Shown here one piece after another: positions 12,976-26,181 of a stretch of 64,000 nt of DNA. The DNA lies in the NCBI RefSeq assembly GCF_006345805.1, contig NC_043005.1, positions 90,458,001 through 90,522,000 of the forward strand, given 5' to 3'. Below the pieces are notes generated by a model. That model searched no databases. It saw nothing but the letters and a program-made list of their open reading frames with translations, and was not told the origin of the DNA. Position numbers and translations under genes: made by a program. Source of the stretch: Octopus sinensis. Its lineage: Eukaryota. How positions within the stretch are numbered: position 1 is the first letter of the stretch; the number at the start of each line of letters is the position of its first letter.

Positions 12976-13198
12976 TATGTAATGCATGTAGTATGTATTA
13001 AGTCTTATATTTTGTAATTAATATCTGTGTATGAGGTTTAGGACCCTTTTCTTCAGGAAATCCAAAGAAAGGGCCCTAACCATGGAATATTGAAATACAT
13101 AGTAAAAGTAAAAACTTCCACTTGTTTTATTCCTCATAATTAAGGCAGCAAGCTGGCAGAATTATTTGAAATGTCATTTTGGATTCTTTGTTTTTCAG

Positions 13199-13291
13199 GA
13201 CTTAAAATATCTGGAGACGAAAGCTATCTTGGCTAGAAAAGATCATCGACTATACATTGCTGATAAGAATCAATGGCCATGGAAGATATCG
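13199..13291 (+). CDS. Integrin alpha subunit, coding exon (end of calf-2)
   Basis: tttttcag| DLKYLETKAILARKDHRLYIADKNQWPWKIS |gtaagg; 93 nt, phase 0/0. Confidence 0.75.
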
Positions 13292-14516
13292 GTAAGGGCA
13301 TTCTGTTGTAAAAGAAGATTCATGTCATACAAGGTCAAGGGGTTGATAGGAATGATTGAGTATTTAGCCAAGCCTGTCTAGGGTTTGTGTTTCCAATATA
13401 TCAGAAGTGTCTATAAATCCGCGTTGTTGTCCTCCTCTTCCTCCTCCTTTTTCCTTTTCTCTTCACTTCCCTCCTCCTCTCACTTTCTCCCCTCCTCTCT
13501 CACTTGTCCTCCACTTCTCTTCCTTCTTCCCTTCCTCTCCCCCTCCTTTCGTTGTCCCCTCTTCCTATCCCTCCCCGCCTCCTCATCCTCTCCCCTTTCC
13601 TCCTCCTCCTCTTCTTCCTCCCCTTATTTGACGGCTTGTGGGGTCAGACAGAATTTGCTGAAGTAGATTTTCTACAACCAGATGCCAAGTTCCTGTCACT
13701 AACCCCGACCCCTTTCCAAGCAAGATAATATTTCCACAATGGCTGGACATGTTTTTCCACAGAAGCTTGGAAATAAAGGACCCCATTTGTATGACAGTGA
13801 TACTTGCTTTACATCCACCACACACACACACACACATCATCATCATCATTTAATGTCTGCTTTCCATGCTGGCATGGGTAAGATGGCTTCACTGGAACTA
13901 CCAAGCCAGAGAACTGCACCAGGTTCCAGTCTGATTTGACATGGTTTCTATGGCTGGGTGCCCTTCCTAATGCCAGTACGTTAATGAAATTGTGCTGCAA
14001 GATTCCTGATGTGAAACTGTGTGTTGAAACAGATATTGTTATATTTCGGGATGGTCAATTTTTTTTTTTTTTTTTGCCAAATAAACACATTCTCTATGCA
14101 TTCATTCTTCAATTGTTTATTATTGTTCTTATTTTTATCTTATGTTCTCTGTCTGGAAATCTTTCATTACACATTTATAGATTAGACTGAGCAGGAGGAT
14201 ACTCATGGATAGAAAGAGTTGCTGAAGAGGTCACAAATGTATTTGGCAAAAAAAAAAAAAATGACCATCCTGAAATATTACAATATTACAAGAGTAAAAA
14301 TACTGCTTGATAAAGCAGAAAGCGAAAGTTCCAAAAAGCACCGATACCCTCACAGGATTGGTGCTTTTTGAAGCTTTTACTTTCATCTTTGGCAAGCGGT
14401 ACTTTTACCCTTCTTTTATTCAAATATTTAATATTATACCTATTATGGTAGAAGTCTTGCTAACCACCTCGTTATTACTGTCTTTAACAGCAATAATGCT
14501 TTCATATAGTTACTTT

Positions 14517-14574
<58 letters not shown>

Positions 14575-14589
14575 TTTGATGATATAACT

Positions 14590-14775
14590 ATGGTGGGCTA
14601 CTTTCAACTTTTATCTACCAAATCCCTTCACAAGGCTTTGGTCAGCCCGGGACTATAGTGAAAGAAACTCACCCAGGATGCCATATAGTGGGACTGAACC
14701 CCAAACCATATGGTTGTGAAGAAAACACACCAGCATCAGTTGTCAAGCGATGTTAGGGGGGGGAGGGGGACAAAA

Positions 14776-14852
<77 letters not shown>

Positions 14853-15016
14853 ACAATGGGCTTCTTTCAGTTTCTGTCTACCAAATCCACTCACAAGGCT
14901 TCGGTCGACCCGAGGCTATAGTAGAAAACCCTTGCCCAAGGTGCCATGCAGTGGGACTGAACCCAGAACCATGTGGTTGGTAAGCAAGCTACTTACCACA
15001 CAGCCACTCCTGCGTC
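14590..15016 (-). mobile_element. SINE family A (partly duplicated)
   Basis: GGGCTTCTTTCAGTTTCTGTCTACCAAATCCACTCACAAGGC...ACCACACAGCCACTCCTGCG. Confidence 0.75.
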
Positions 15017-15163
15017 TATATAAAACTTGTGTAATATATGGGTCAGATGGGGTTGCTTTCAATGCTGAAGGGTTAAACTTTAAAACAAATATTTTTCGTT
15101 ACATACCTGTGGTTTTACACATTTTCATTTCCTTTCTTTTGTCTTTCTTTCTTTTTAAAACAG

Positions 15164-15274
15164 GTGCAAACTGCCTTCCAAATAGAACAGGAACCTATTG
15201 CCTGGTGGATTATTCTTCTTTGTATACTTGGTGGCATTTTTATTCTTGCTCTCTTTATTGTTTTGTGTTGGTGG
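15164..15274 (+). CDS. Integrin alpha subunit, transmembrane exon
   Basis: Polypyrimidine tract then aaacag| VQTAFQIEQEPIAWWIILLCILGGIFILALFIVLCWW |gtaagt; matches the integrin-alpha TM signature 'P.WII...lgG..lL'. Confidence 0.92.
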
Positions 15275-15479
15275 GTAAGTAGCTTCAATCTACCTTTTTC
15301 TTTTTTTTTTACCTCTTTTTAATGATTTATTGTTTTCATTCATCATCATCATCATCTTGGTCACTATTCCATGTCTTTCTGACAGCATGCATAAAAGGAA
15401 AAGGAAACACAATATCTTATCCAAAAATAAAAAATATTAAAAAAACAACAACAACTAGATTCTGACGAAGATGATGAAT

Positions 15480-16650
15480 ATGACTGAGAGATAACAGTTG
15501 ACCCAGAGCAGCTGTCCTAGCTTCCAGCATGGCCTCAAAGATGGCTCTGGAAACGGGCATACGCATTCCTCAATGTGTCCCTCAGAATATCTTCAAACAA
15601 CTCATTGATCTTAGCCACCAGCTGTGTCTTGGTGTGGCCAGCAGAGCAGTTGGTCTCTTTCTCAACCACCTCCCACACATAGTAATCCATGGAATCATGA
15701 CCAAGGGAATTAGAAGTCCAGAAATTGGAGCTGGTACAGTCATAAAAATTCTCTGACAACCACTTCCGACTCTTTCCAGGGGTGTGGCAAGGAGCCAAAT
15801 CCTGCTGCTTTACATATTGTCTTCCAGCATTAACTGTCTCCAGTCAGGGATTGACCAGTCTCCGGCAGCCTCACAAGACCATCTGAATTGAGCCTAAGGC
15901 CCTGTTCAAAGATATAGAACAGCATGATGTCAACCTCACTGGAGATACTCCCAGAGACCCTCCTTTCTGCTTAGCCACAGCTTTGTCTTCTCCTGTGCTT
16001 GAGGAGACCTATTGAGTCAAGTACATCAACATCAAAATAAATATCAAATGGAAATTGCAGTTGTGATCCCTGTGCCAGTGGCACGTAAAAAGCACCATCC
16101 GAACGTGGACGATGCCAGTGCTGCCTTGACAGGCTTCTGTGCCGGTGGCACATAAAAAGCATCAACTGATCGTGGCCGCTGCCAGCCCCTCCTGGCACCT
16201 GTGTCGGTGGCACGTAAAAAGCACCCACGACACTCACAGAGTGGTTGGCATTAGGAAGGGCATCCAGCTGTAGAAACATTGCCAGATCAGACTGGAGCCT
16301 GGTGCAGCCTTCTGGCTTCCCAGACCCCGGTCGAACCATCCAATCCATGCTAGCATGGAGAACGGACGTTAAACGATGATGATGATTGCAGCTGTCCATA
16401 TCATGCTTAGCCTTTACAGTGTTCACAGAGCACTGAACAGCAGTCATTATATCGACGTTTTGGTACCTGGCACAAATTATTGCGATACAGGTAACTATTT
16501 TCCAATATTCAGATGGTTTCCAGTCCTCCATGTCAGCTGACTTTTTCTCATCTACAACTTCAATCTTTATGCTCTCCAACGCCATGGATTCTTCACTAAT
16601 ACATGAATCAGTTTCTGAAAAAAGAAGACATAAAAAGATTATGAAATTTT
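15480..16650 (-). mobile_element. Decayed Tc1/mariner-superfamily transposon, interrupted by a family C element (15975-16385)
   Basis: The minus-strand ORF has SRKWLSENFYD...FWTSNSLGHDSMDYYVW (degenerate WPPNSPDLNP.DY.VW) and ...NAYARFQSHL; multiple disruptions. Confidence 0.65.
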
Positions 16651-16704
16651 AGCCAAACACCCTGTACGTATGCATACATAATCAGCATCATCATCATTTA
16701 TAAT

Positions 16705-17045
16705 AGGCGCAGGAGTGGCTGTGTGGTAAGTAACTTACTTACCAACCACAGGGTTCCGGGTTCAGTCCCACTGCGTGGCACCTTGGGCAAGTGTCTTCTA
16801 CTATAGCCTCGGGCTGACCAAAGCCTTGTGAGTGGATTTGGTAAATGGAAACTGAAAGAAGCCTGTCGTATGTGTGTGTGTGTGTATGCTTGTGTGTCTG
16901 TATTTGTTCCCCCCAACATTGCAAAAGAGACCAATAGAATAAGTACTGGGCTTACAAAGAATAAGTCCTGGGGTCGATTTGCTCAACTAAAGGCGGTGTC
17001 CCAGCATGGCTGCAGTCAAATGACTGAACCAAGTAAAAGAATAAA
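16705..17045 (+). mobile_element. SINE family A
   Basis: GGCGCAGGAGTGGCTGTGTGGTAAG...GGGTTCAGTCCCACTGCGTGGCACCTTGGGCAAGTGTC...AAGTAAAAGAATAAAAG. Confidence 0.8.
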
Positions 17046-17823
17046 AGAATTTATTGTTCCTTTTCCACCCTGGTATGTATCGGACAGTTTGACAGGATCC
17101 AACATGTCCGATGACTCATGCTTCAGTGTCTGTTTGGTCTCCATGGCCGGATGCCTTTCTTAACACCAACCACTTTACAGTGTGTTCTGGGTTTGTTTGT
17201 TCATGTCCCACCATCACTTGTGGGGTCAGCAGGTAACTTAAAAAACTACAAATATATATGACCAACCCAGCTATTGGATGTTATTATACATCACTGGCCA
17301 CAATGCACTTTGCATTGTTTTAGTCACCCTGCTGGCTCGGCAAGTGGGCCAACATTTTCCCTGATTGCATGGCTCCTTTGTCACAGGGTCACCTATTAAC
17401 AGCTGAGTGGACAGAAGCAATATGAAATGAAGTGTTTTGCTCAAGCACATAATGCAGGATCTTAGGATTGTGAGTGTAACACACTCAATCTCCAGGACAC
17501 ACACACACACACACACACGAGAGAGGGCAGTGAAGGAGGTGAGAGATAAGCTGGATCATATTTTAGCCTAATCCTCTAACATAAAGTCACCTTGTCTTGC
17601 TGTAGCCCTGCTTATTTGAAGGGAATGTTGTTGTTGTGAACTGCATTGCAACCTCAGTAGTGTTGGTATCACAACAGAATCACCCGGTACATGCTGTAAA
17701 GTGGTTGGCATTTAGGAAGGGTAACGAGCTGTGGAAACCGAACCAAAGCAGGCATTGGAGCAAGATGCAGTCCTCATACTTGTCAGAAGCTGTCACAGCC
17801 TCAAACTCATGCCAGCATGTAAG

Positions 17824-17838
17824 ATCATCATCATCATC

Positions 17839-17887
<49 letters not shown>

Positions 17888-17932
17888 ACATCAACACCAC
17901 CACCACCACCACCACCATCATCACTATCATCA
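17824..17932. repeat. (CAT)n/(CAC)n microsatellite
   Basis: Direct inspection; lies just upstream of the last integrin exon acceptor. Confidence 0.9.
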
Positions 17933-17991
17933 CATGTCCATTTACTTTTTATAAACTTGATATTTATGAATATTCTCTTTTCTTTTAATAG

Positions 17992-18132
17992 CTTGGATTC
18001 TTCAAGCGCAATAAAGTCAATCGTGATGAAGACCAGAAGTCTTTTGCTGCCAGTGAAAAGTTATCAAATGAACCAGAAGAAAATAATGTTGTGCCAGAAA
18101 AAAACACAAACTCGGATGACAAATTTTTATAG
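17992..18132 (+). CDS. Integrin alpha subunit, terminal exon (cytoplasmic tail)
   Basis: ttttaatag| LGFFKRNKVNRDEDQKSFAASEKLSNEPEENNVVPEKNTNSDDKFL* (TAG 18130-18132); GFFKR is the diagnostic integrin-alpha motif. Confidence 0.95.
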   Translation, partial: LGFFKRNKVNRDEDQKSFAASEKLSNEPEENNVVPEKNTNSDDKFL

Positions 18133-19099
18133 CCTTATACTCATTATTTAAATTAATGTGTATATTGTGTGTACGTGTGTGTGTACGCTGCGTTTTAAGT
18201 ACATGGTTGGCAGTGTGTGTATATGTTTGTATTGGTGTGTGTGTGTTTGAATGAGAATTGGAGCGATGAGGATGGTGGTGTGTGTGGTGGGGTCTATTAT
18301 CTTTTCTGAGATAATTTGGAACAATCTCAACTCTGTAAAATTATATTCCATTTCAAAAAGAATCATAACTGTTACCAAATAAGAATGTAAGGATGTGTAT
18401 TACAAAGAAAAAAAGTAAAAATGCAGTTAGAATTTAAAGAGAAAGAGGAGAGAAACGTATGTGTGTGTGTTAACATGTATATGAATATGAAATCATAACA
18501 ATAGTAATATTAATAATTTTTTTTATAAAACTTTTGCCTTCATTTAAAAAAAATAGGGAAATATTAATTTAAAATTGCTTTTTAAATATTTATTTACCAA
18601 TTGTTTCCAAAAATATTTTATCTGTGACAGAACCCATTCCTTAAATGACTTGAAAATTCTTCATCATTATCATTATTAATTGGCAGTATTGTTAGCGTGC
18701 TTGAGTTCCAGTCCTGTCGAGGTCAACTTTGCCTTTCACCCTTAGGGGGCAATAAAATAAGTACCAGTCAAGTTCTGGGGTCAATATAATTGATTTCCCA
18801 CTCCCCTCGGAAAACTGCTGGCCCTGTACCAAATATTTGAAACCATCACTAAGGCAGCAAGCTTTTACAGTTGCCTGCAAACAGGACGAAATGCTCAGTG
18901 GCCTGTCTTAATGTTCTGAGTTCAAATTCTGCTGAGGTTGACTTTGCCTTTCATCTTTTGAAGGTTGATAGAACGAGTATCAGTCAAGCACTGGGAATGA
19001 TGTAATCAACTATCCCCACTCCCTCAAAATTTCAGGCCACATGACTATAGTAGAAAGGATTATTATTATAATTACTATTATCATTCTGAAAGACTCTCA

Positions 19100-21600
19100 G
19101 TTCTTAATTATTGGTTGTTCTTTACTTGAAAGCTGGCAATAACAAATCATCAAAGGCTTCCCTTTAGTGCCTTCTCCTGTGACTCAAAGAGACAATAATC
19201 TCCTTAGAATTCAAGCTGTACCCAGCAGTGCTCTCTTCTGGATCACTTCGAGCCTAACAGCAGCTCCGATATTCTTAATATGTTTTTCAAAACCCTTGGA
19301 AACTGCTCCTAATGCTCCAATTACCACTGGTATCACTATTACTTTCTTCATGCCCCATAACTTTCCTATCTCGTTCCACAGTGGCTGGTATTTCTCAATC
19401 TTTTCTGTTTCCTTACATTTCACCCTCGAATCACCTGGTATTGCAACACCTATTATATTTGCTTCTTTTTCATCTTTATGGATAATCACGATATCTGGTC
19501 ATCTTGTCTCTATGATTTGGTTGCACTGCATGTTAAAATCCCAGCGTATTTTGCAATGTTCATTTTCGATTACTTCCTCTGGCTTATATTCATATCACTG
19601 TTTGGCTCTCTCATGATTTGCTTTACTGCACAACAGCAAGTGGACATATCTGGCCACATTGTCGTGTCTCCTTTTGTATTTGTGTTGTATAAACTTACAG
19701 CACTCGCTAACAATATAGTTTATACTTTCTATCTTCTTAGAGCACATCCTACTCTATGGCAAGCCAGTGCTTTTATTAATGTGATGCTTGGAGTAGTTTA
19801 TTCTGAAAGTTTGTTCTTGAGTGATGCACGCTAATACCTCAGTGGGCCCTTTTAAGTCTCCTTTCTGCAGACATTGCCTGGTTCTATTCCAATCAATCTC
19901 ATCTTTATTCTTCAAGAACTGACTGTGCATTTTCTTGTCCTGCCAAATTTTCTTCATCTTCTCACTCTGGTCTTTCTTAAATTGTGTTGGATCTACGGCT
20001 TTGTTCACTTTTAAGGTTCCCTGCATTTTCACTGCTTCAATCATTTCTTCTTTACTCCCTTGACATACCAAGCCAGGCTATTCTCCTCTTCCCTTACACA
20101 ACCTTCACAACACACCAATCCCCGTCCTCTATCTCTCCTCTTTACATATAATCTTGACGCGTTGCTGTTGGAATGTAGTTCCTTGTTCATTGTCATTGAG
20201 TTACATGTTCTCCACTCTATCTCTTGTAATTCATTCTTCTTCCAAGATACTATTCCTGTGCTATATCTCATCAAAGCAACCGCCCATGTGTTAATTGCTC
20301 TAATCTTATAGCTGCCATTTAGCTTCGATTGGAACACAAGCCAAGTTCTCCTTTAATGCTCTTTCCTGGACATGTCTTTCATCTTGTGTTCAATCATCTT
20401 ATCTTTTTCAATGACACCCAGGTACTTATATGCTTCCTCTCTGACTTTCTTTACAGCTTCACCACTTTCCAGCTTGATCCCATGGCTTTTACTGATTTCC
20501 CCCTTTTGAGAATCATTACACCACATTTCTCAATCCCAAATTCCATCCCAATATCTTTGCTAATCATCTGCACAGTTGCCACTAAACTCTCAATTTCCTT
20601 CTCAGTCTTAGCAAATAGCTTTAGGTCATCCATAAACCACAGGTTGTTTACTTTCACCCTGCCTAGCATGTACCCCACACGCAGCTTTCTTAAAACACTG
20701 GTTAGTGGCAGTATGTAGACAACAAATAGGAGAGGCGACAGACTGTCCCCTTGAAAGATTCCTCTTTTGATATTTACCTCCCCCAGATTATCTCCCCATG
20801 TTGTGAGTTCAGTTCGCCACATTGCCATTGAGTTTTGTATTAACTTCAGGATATTACGGGAGACTTTAAGCAGTTTAAGGCATTCAATAATCCATGAATG
20901 TTGGACCATGTCATAAGCTTTCCTGTAGTCCACCCATGCCATTGCCAAATTTTTGTGTCTCTTTCAGGAAGGGCATCCGGCCGTAGAAAACTTGCCAAAC
21001 GCATAGCGCTGCGTATATATTTGTAATTGATCCTTCATTCCTCCGCTCTTACTGTTCCACTGGTAGTAGGTCGTTCTCATCTAGGTACTTATGGATGCTG
21101 TTCGATATGATGGCTGTCATCAGTTTCCACATCAGTGGCAAACAAGATATTGGTTGGAAATTTCCAACTACATTCCCTTTATTTGGCTCCTACTGGCATA
21201 GTACTGTTCTTCCTTTTGTCATCCAAGCCAGTACTTGGATGTCAATGTTCAGTATTTCGTTCAGCTGTCTTGTGATTCTCCTGTGAAGAGCTGTTAAATT
21301 TTTAAGCCAAAAGCTCCTTGCCCTGTGCATTCTTTTCCTTTATCCCCTGGTGGGTACTTCATTGTCATTTCTCAGATTACCTAAAAAGAAGCACTCCATT
21401 ACAGCCACATTCATTTCTTTCATCCACCTTCTTTTAGCAGTTGCTTGATGATAACTGGGTCCACACTGCTCACCCTTGGGGCACCCACTGGACGAGAGAC
21501 CATCACAAGTTGTTCCAGCCACGTTCACACCGTTCTCATTTCTATTTTCATTTGACATTTCAGCAATCATGATGAGGGTCAGTGAATTTTAGGTTGCACA
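19100..21600 (-). mobile_element. Decayed R4/Dong-like non-LTR retrotransposon (RT + restriction-like endonuclease)
   Basis: Minus-strand ORF fragments: AWVDYRKAYDMVQHSW, GIFQGDSLSPLLF, FMDDLKLF (RT); AINTWAVALMRY; C-terminal IIGVAIPGD...KETEKIEKYQ...IPVVIGALG (RLE). Many stops/frameshifts; the 3' end abuts TAA-type repeats. Confidence 0.8.
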
Positions 21601-22554
21601 ACCCCCAGTAATTTTTCTCCCCGTGATACCATAACTGAGAGGATCTCCACCCTAGGATATGGGATTCCTGTAATCTTGATTTACTTTTTGAAGTTTCCAT
21701 CTCCTACAAGGAATGTTCAAGCATCTTGATTGCTTCTGCCTCTTAGGTATACACTATTTTGGTGGCCGTTGCCTCATAAGAGTTCATTAGCCTTTATACA
21801 GGTCTTGTTTTTCTTCCTATAGGGCGTCAAAATAGCAAGAATCATACACCCTTCTCACAGAGCAAGCTCTGCTGGGCTGCTGGGTGGCGAGCTGGCAGAA
21901 TCATTAGCACGTTGGGCGAAATGCTTAGCGGTATTTCGTCTGTCTTTACGTTCTGAGATCAAATTCCACCAAGGTCGACTTTTCCTTTCATCTTTTTGGG
22001 GTTGATAAATTAAGAACCAGTTGTGTACTGGGGGGTCAATCTAATCGACTGGCTCCCTTCCCCCAAATTTCAGGCCTTGTGCCTAGAGTAGAAAGGATTA
22101 TTATTATTATTATTCTTAAGGCAGCAAGCTGGCAGAATCATTAACATGATAGACAAAATACTCAGCAACATTTCTTTTGACTCTTCATGTTTTGAGTTCA
22201 AATTCCACTGAGGTCAACTTTGCCTTTCATCCTTTCAAGTTCGAAAAAAAAAAGAAAAGGTACCATTTGAACTACAGAGGCAATATAATCAACTTCCCTA
22301 TGCCAAAAATTAGAAAGGATGATGATGATCATGATTATTATTATTATCATTATTATCATCATCATCACCATCATCATGATCAAGCAGTGAGCTGTCAGAA
22401 TCATTTGTACATTGGACAGAATGCTTAGCAGCATTTCTTCCAGCTTTGTGTTCTGAATTCGATGAAATAAATACCAGCTGAGGACTGGAACCGATGTAAC
22501 TGACTTATCCCCACCCACGAAATTTCAGGCCATGTGCCAATAGTAGAAAAAGTT

Positions 22555-22560
22555 ATTATT

Positions 22561-22623
<63 letters not shown>
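22555..22623. repeat. (TAT)n microsatellite
   Basis: Direct inspection. Confidence 0.9.
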
Positions 22624-23519
22624 TATTTCATTAACCACTCAATGAGAATTTAGAATGCTTTTCACTATAAATATTTCTGCCCAAATCTCTTTGCCTTCAT
22701 TTAAATAAAAACAGAACAAATGTTTTTTAGTCGATGCCAATAAGGATGTGAAGATACCAACTTCACTCAAAGATTTTTTCCTTTTTTTTTCCACCCCCTT
22801 ACTAGTGTGCAGTTTAAATACAAAAAAATTTTAAAGCGTAACTCTAGGCCTCTTTTATGTCAATTTTTTTATATTTCTTTTTTTAAAAAAAAAAACAAAA
22901 GGGAAACCATTATTTTTGTAATTAAAACAAAAATAAGCTTAAATTTTCTTGTTTTATTTTTGTATAAATACATTTTTCAAAACTTTTGGTATTTATTCTT
23001 TCTTTTCTTTATTTAATGTATTTAATATTTATTTCATTATGTGCAACAGAAGCTGTATTAAATTAAATAAGCCATATGTGTATCATACTTAATGCAAATA
23101 CATCATGGCAAGCCAAATTACCTGCAGCATATATTTTTGTGTTATTTAACGCAGGATGTGCAAAAGAGACATTATTTTCAGACAAATGCCACTTTTAGTT
23201 TGGCCATCCACGATGTAGTGGCACTAAGTATGACACATGGATTGCTAATCTAATACATACTTCTTTGGATGTTGTTGTTGTTGTTGTTTAGTCCAGGTCA
23301 GCTTCAAATGAGTGGACCCTGAATGTCAGTATATTCAATGGAGAATTTGGTATGAAATGGTTTCATATTATGTCCTTGAGCAAGACACTTTATTTCACAT
23401 TGCTCCAGTCCACTAAACTGGCAAAAATGAGTTGTACCAGTAATTCTGTGTCACGCTGAATCTCCCTGAGAACTATTTTAAGGGTACACATGTCTGTGGA
23501 ATACTCAACCAACTTGCTT

Positions 23520-23721
23520 TTACTCTTTTACTTGTTTCAGTCATTTGACTGTGGCCATGCTGGAGCACCGCCTTTAGTCGAGCAAATTGACCCCCAGGAT
23601 TTATTCTTTGTAAGCCTGGTACTTATTCTATTGGTCTTGTTTGCCGAACCGCTAAGTTACGGGGACGTAAGCACACCAGCATGGGGACAAATACAGATAC
23701 ACAAATATATACACATACATG

Positions 23722-23770
<49 letters not shown>

Positions 23771-23942
23771 TATATATATACATATATACGATGGGCTTCT
23801 TTCAGTTTCTGTCTACCAAATCCACTCACAAGGCTTTGGTCAGCCTGAGGCCATGGTAGAAGACACTTGCCCAAGGTGCCACGCAGTGGGACTGAACCCG
23901 GAACCATGTGGTTCGTAAGCAAGCTACTTACCGCACAGTCAC
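23520..23942 (-). mobile_element. SINE family A
   Basis: Near full-length reverse copy with central (TA)n. Confidence 0.8.
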
Positions 23943-26181
23943 TAGCTACTTAAAACAATATGTTGCTTGGTTATCTTTCATACGGGTCATATCACTGCCA
24001 ACCCAGCGACTTCACAAGTTTCTTTTGGAGGTTTACACCCATGTTCCTGTTTCATAAGAAGGTTGTTCTGTTGATTGGATCGGTTGGAACCTCGTCATTT
24101 TTTTTCCTGGTATAAAAACGGGGTTTTGTAAAAGCTCTACCTCAGCATATTTTTTAAAATCCTAATTGTTGGGGCAGCTATGCTGGAGTTCCAGAATTCT
24201 GTGTTTGGAAGTTTTATGTAAGGCGCTGCATTCTTGATAAATGTTTCAACAGCAAATAAGCATTGGGCATTAATTTAAATCACGATGGTAACTGTCAAAA
24301 AGAGAAAGAAAGAAAGAAAATGGTAAAACATTAGTCAACAAAGGCAAAAAAAAAAAAGAAACAGAACCTGTCAAAGAGCTGCAGAGTTATTTCCAAACTA
24401 GGAAGAATGGTCTGAGAGACAAAGGACCAAAGATCTATAGATCAATATTATTTGGAATCTGACTGTACTCAATATGTAGGAAAAACATAGGAAGAAATTC
24501 AGTATTGTGTTCTTGATGCAAATAATGGTTGTAAATGAAGCACAGTGGAATCACTGGAAGACCAGGATATCAAGATGCATAGAGCTTATCATACACGGAA
24601 TATATTTGTACATCATCATCATCATCATCGTTTAACGTTTGCTTTCCATGCTAGCATGGGTTGGACGAATGACTGAGGGCTGGTGAACCAGATGGCTTCA
24701 ATCTTGATCTGGCAGAGTTTCTACAGCTGGATGCCCTTCCTAATGCCAACCACTCCGAGAGTGTAGTGGGTACTTTTATGTACCACCGGCACTGGGACCA
24801 GTCAGGCGGCACTGGCAACGATCTCGCTCGAATCATTTACACATGCCAGTAAGGCGATGCTGGTAACGATCACGCTCGAATAGTGTCTTTTACGTGCCAC
24901 CAGCACGGAGGCCAGATAGCCGCTCTGGCAATGATCATGCTCAGATAGTGCTCTTAATACCCTACTAGCACGGGGCTCAAGTACCAGTAAGGCGAGGCTG
25001 GTAACGATCATGCTCGAATGGTGCCTTTTAAGTGCCACTGGCACTGAAGCCGGTTAGCCGCTCTGTCAATGATCACACTTGTATGGTGCTCTTTGCACCC
25101 TGCTAGCATGGACCCCAGTCATCGAATTTGATTTTGATTTTTGATTTCACTTGCCTTAACAGGTCTTCGCAAGCAAAGTTTTAGTGTCCAAAGAAGGAAA
25201 AGGTACGCATAAGTGGGCTCTGTAACGCCCCTGAAGGCAAATGGTCCAGGGTTTAGGGTGCTGCATTCATGATTGTACGTTCATTGTTCTGATACTTGGA
25301 CGCATTGTGTTCTTGAGCAAAATACTTCATTTCACATTGCCGCAGCCCACTCAGCTGCAAATGGGTCACCCATCGCAGGCTACCCATTTACGTAGGCTTG
25401 GAAATGGGGTGCAGTGGGTGAAAGTGCACCCCTTAAAATTTTGAGAGGTGCAATGAAAACGTTTTGAGCATCCTCTGTTGGGCCTGGTTTTGTGCCCACC
25501 AGGCAAATTTCATTCCAGTGCTCAGGTCTATGTAAATGAGTTCCAGCAATAGTAGGGGAAATTAATCCTGCAATGGACTGTGTCCTGCTCCAAGGGTGTA
25601 TTGTAATATCAGCCATGGAAACTGGATTATATTGTGGCCTTCTGAGTCCCAGGGCCTCGGACAGGTCTGAGTAAGTGGAATAGTTGTCAACAAAGGTGGG
25701 ACTATGAAATGCACTCCATACATGACACAAGCGTCTTAGTTGATGCAGGAGAGACATTTTGTTATCCAGGTGAGCTAATTAGGGCTGGAGGTGGTTGTGA
25801 GGTAAGTTTAGTAAGTCTAGGTGCAGGCATGGATGTGCGGTTCAGAAGCTTTCTTTGCAACCCTGCAAGGCAGTCTGGACAAGTGTCTCCTCCCCCAGGA
25901 CAACCAATGCTCTGTGGGTAGATTTGATAGACAGAAATTATGGGGAAACATTGTGTATATGTGTGCATACACACACATGTATAGACAAACACACACACAC
26001 ACATATATAGGGGACAGTAGAGACAAACACGCACACATTCATATATGTGTGTGTATATATGTATACATATAATTATCTATATATATATATAATAATAATA
26101 TTATTAGGGAGTATAACTTCAAACTTACAGGGAAAAATTCAATTTAGTATTAAATCAAATTTCACAATATAAATATATAAA

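Noticed and set aside
13385-13728. Pro/Ser/Leu-rich ORFs
   Set aside because: CT-rich low-complexity intron sequence without splice or homology support.
14710-15282. 190-aa ORF overlapping the TM exon
   Set aside because: Mostly antisense SINE plus microsatellite; the real exon (15164-15274) is in a different frame.
15971-16585. 204-aa minus-strand ORF
   Set aside because: Chance fusion of a decayed transposase N-terminus with an inserted family C repeat.
17636-18151. 171-aa Ser/Pro-rich ORF
   Set aside because: A (CAT)n/(CAC)n translation; the true terminal exon with GFFKR is in another frame.
24790-25110. Regularly spaced ~55-60 bp repeats resembling a CRISPR array (also 16075-16225, 57385-57520)
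   Set aside because: The units are degenerate tandem repeats internal to family C elements, with no unique spacers, no cas genes and a eukaryotic context.
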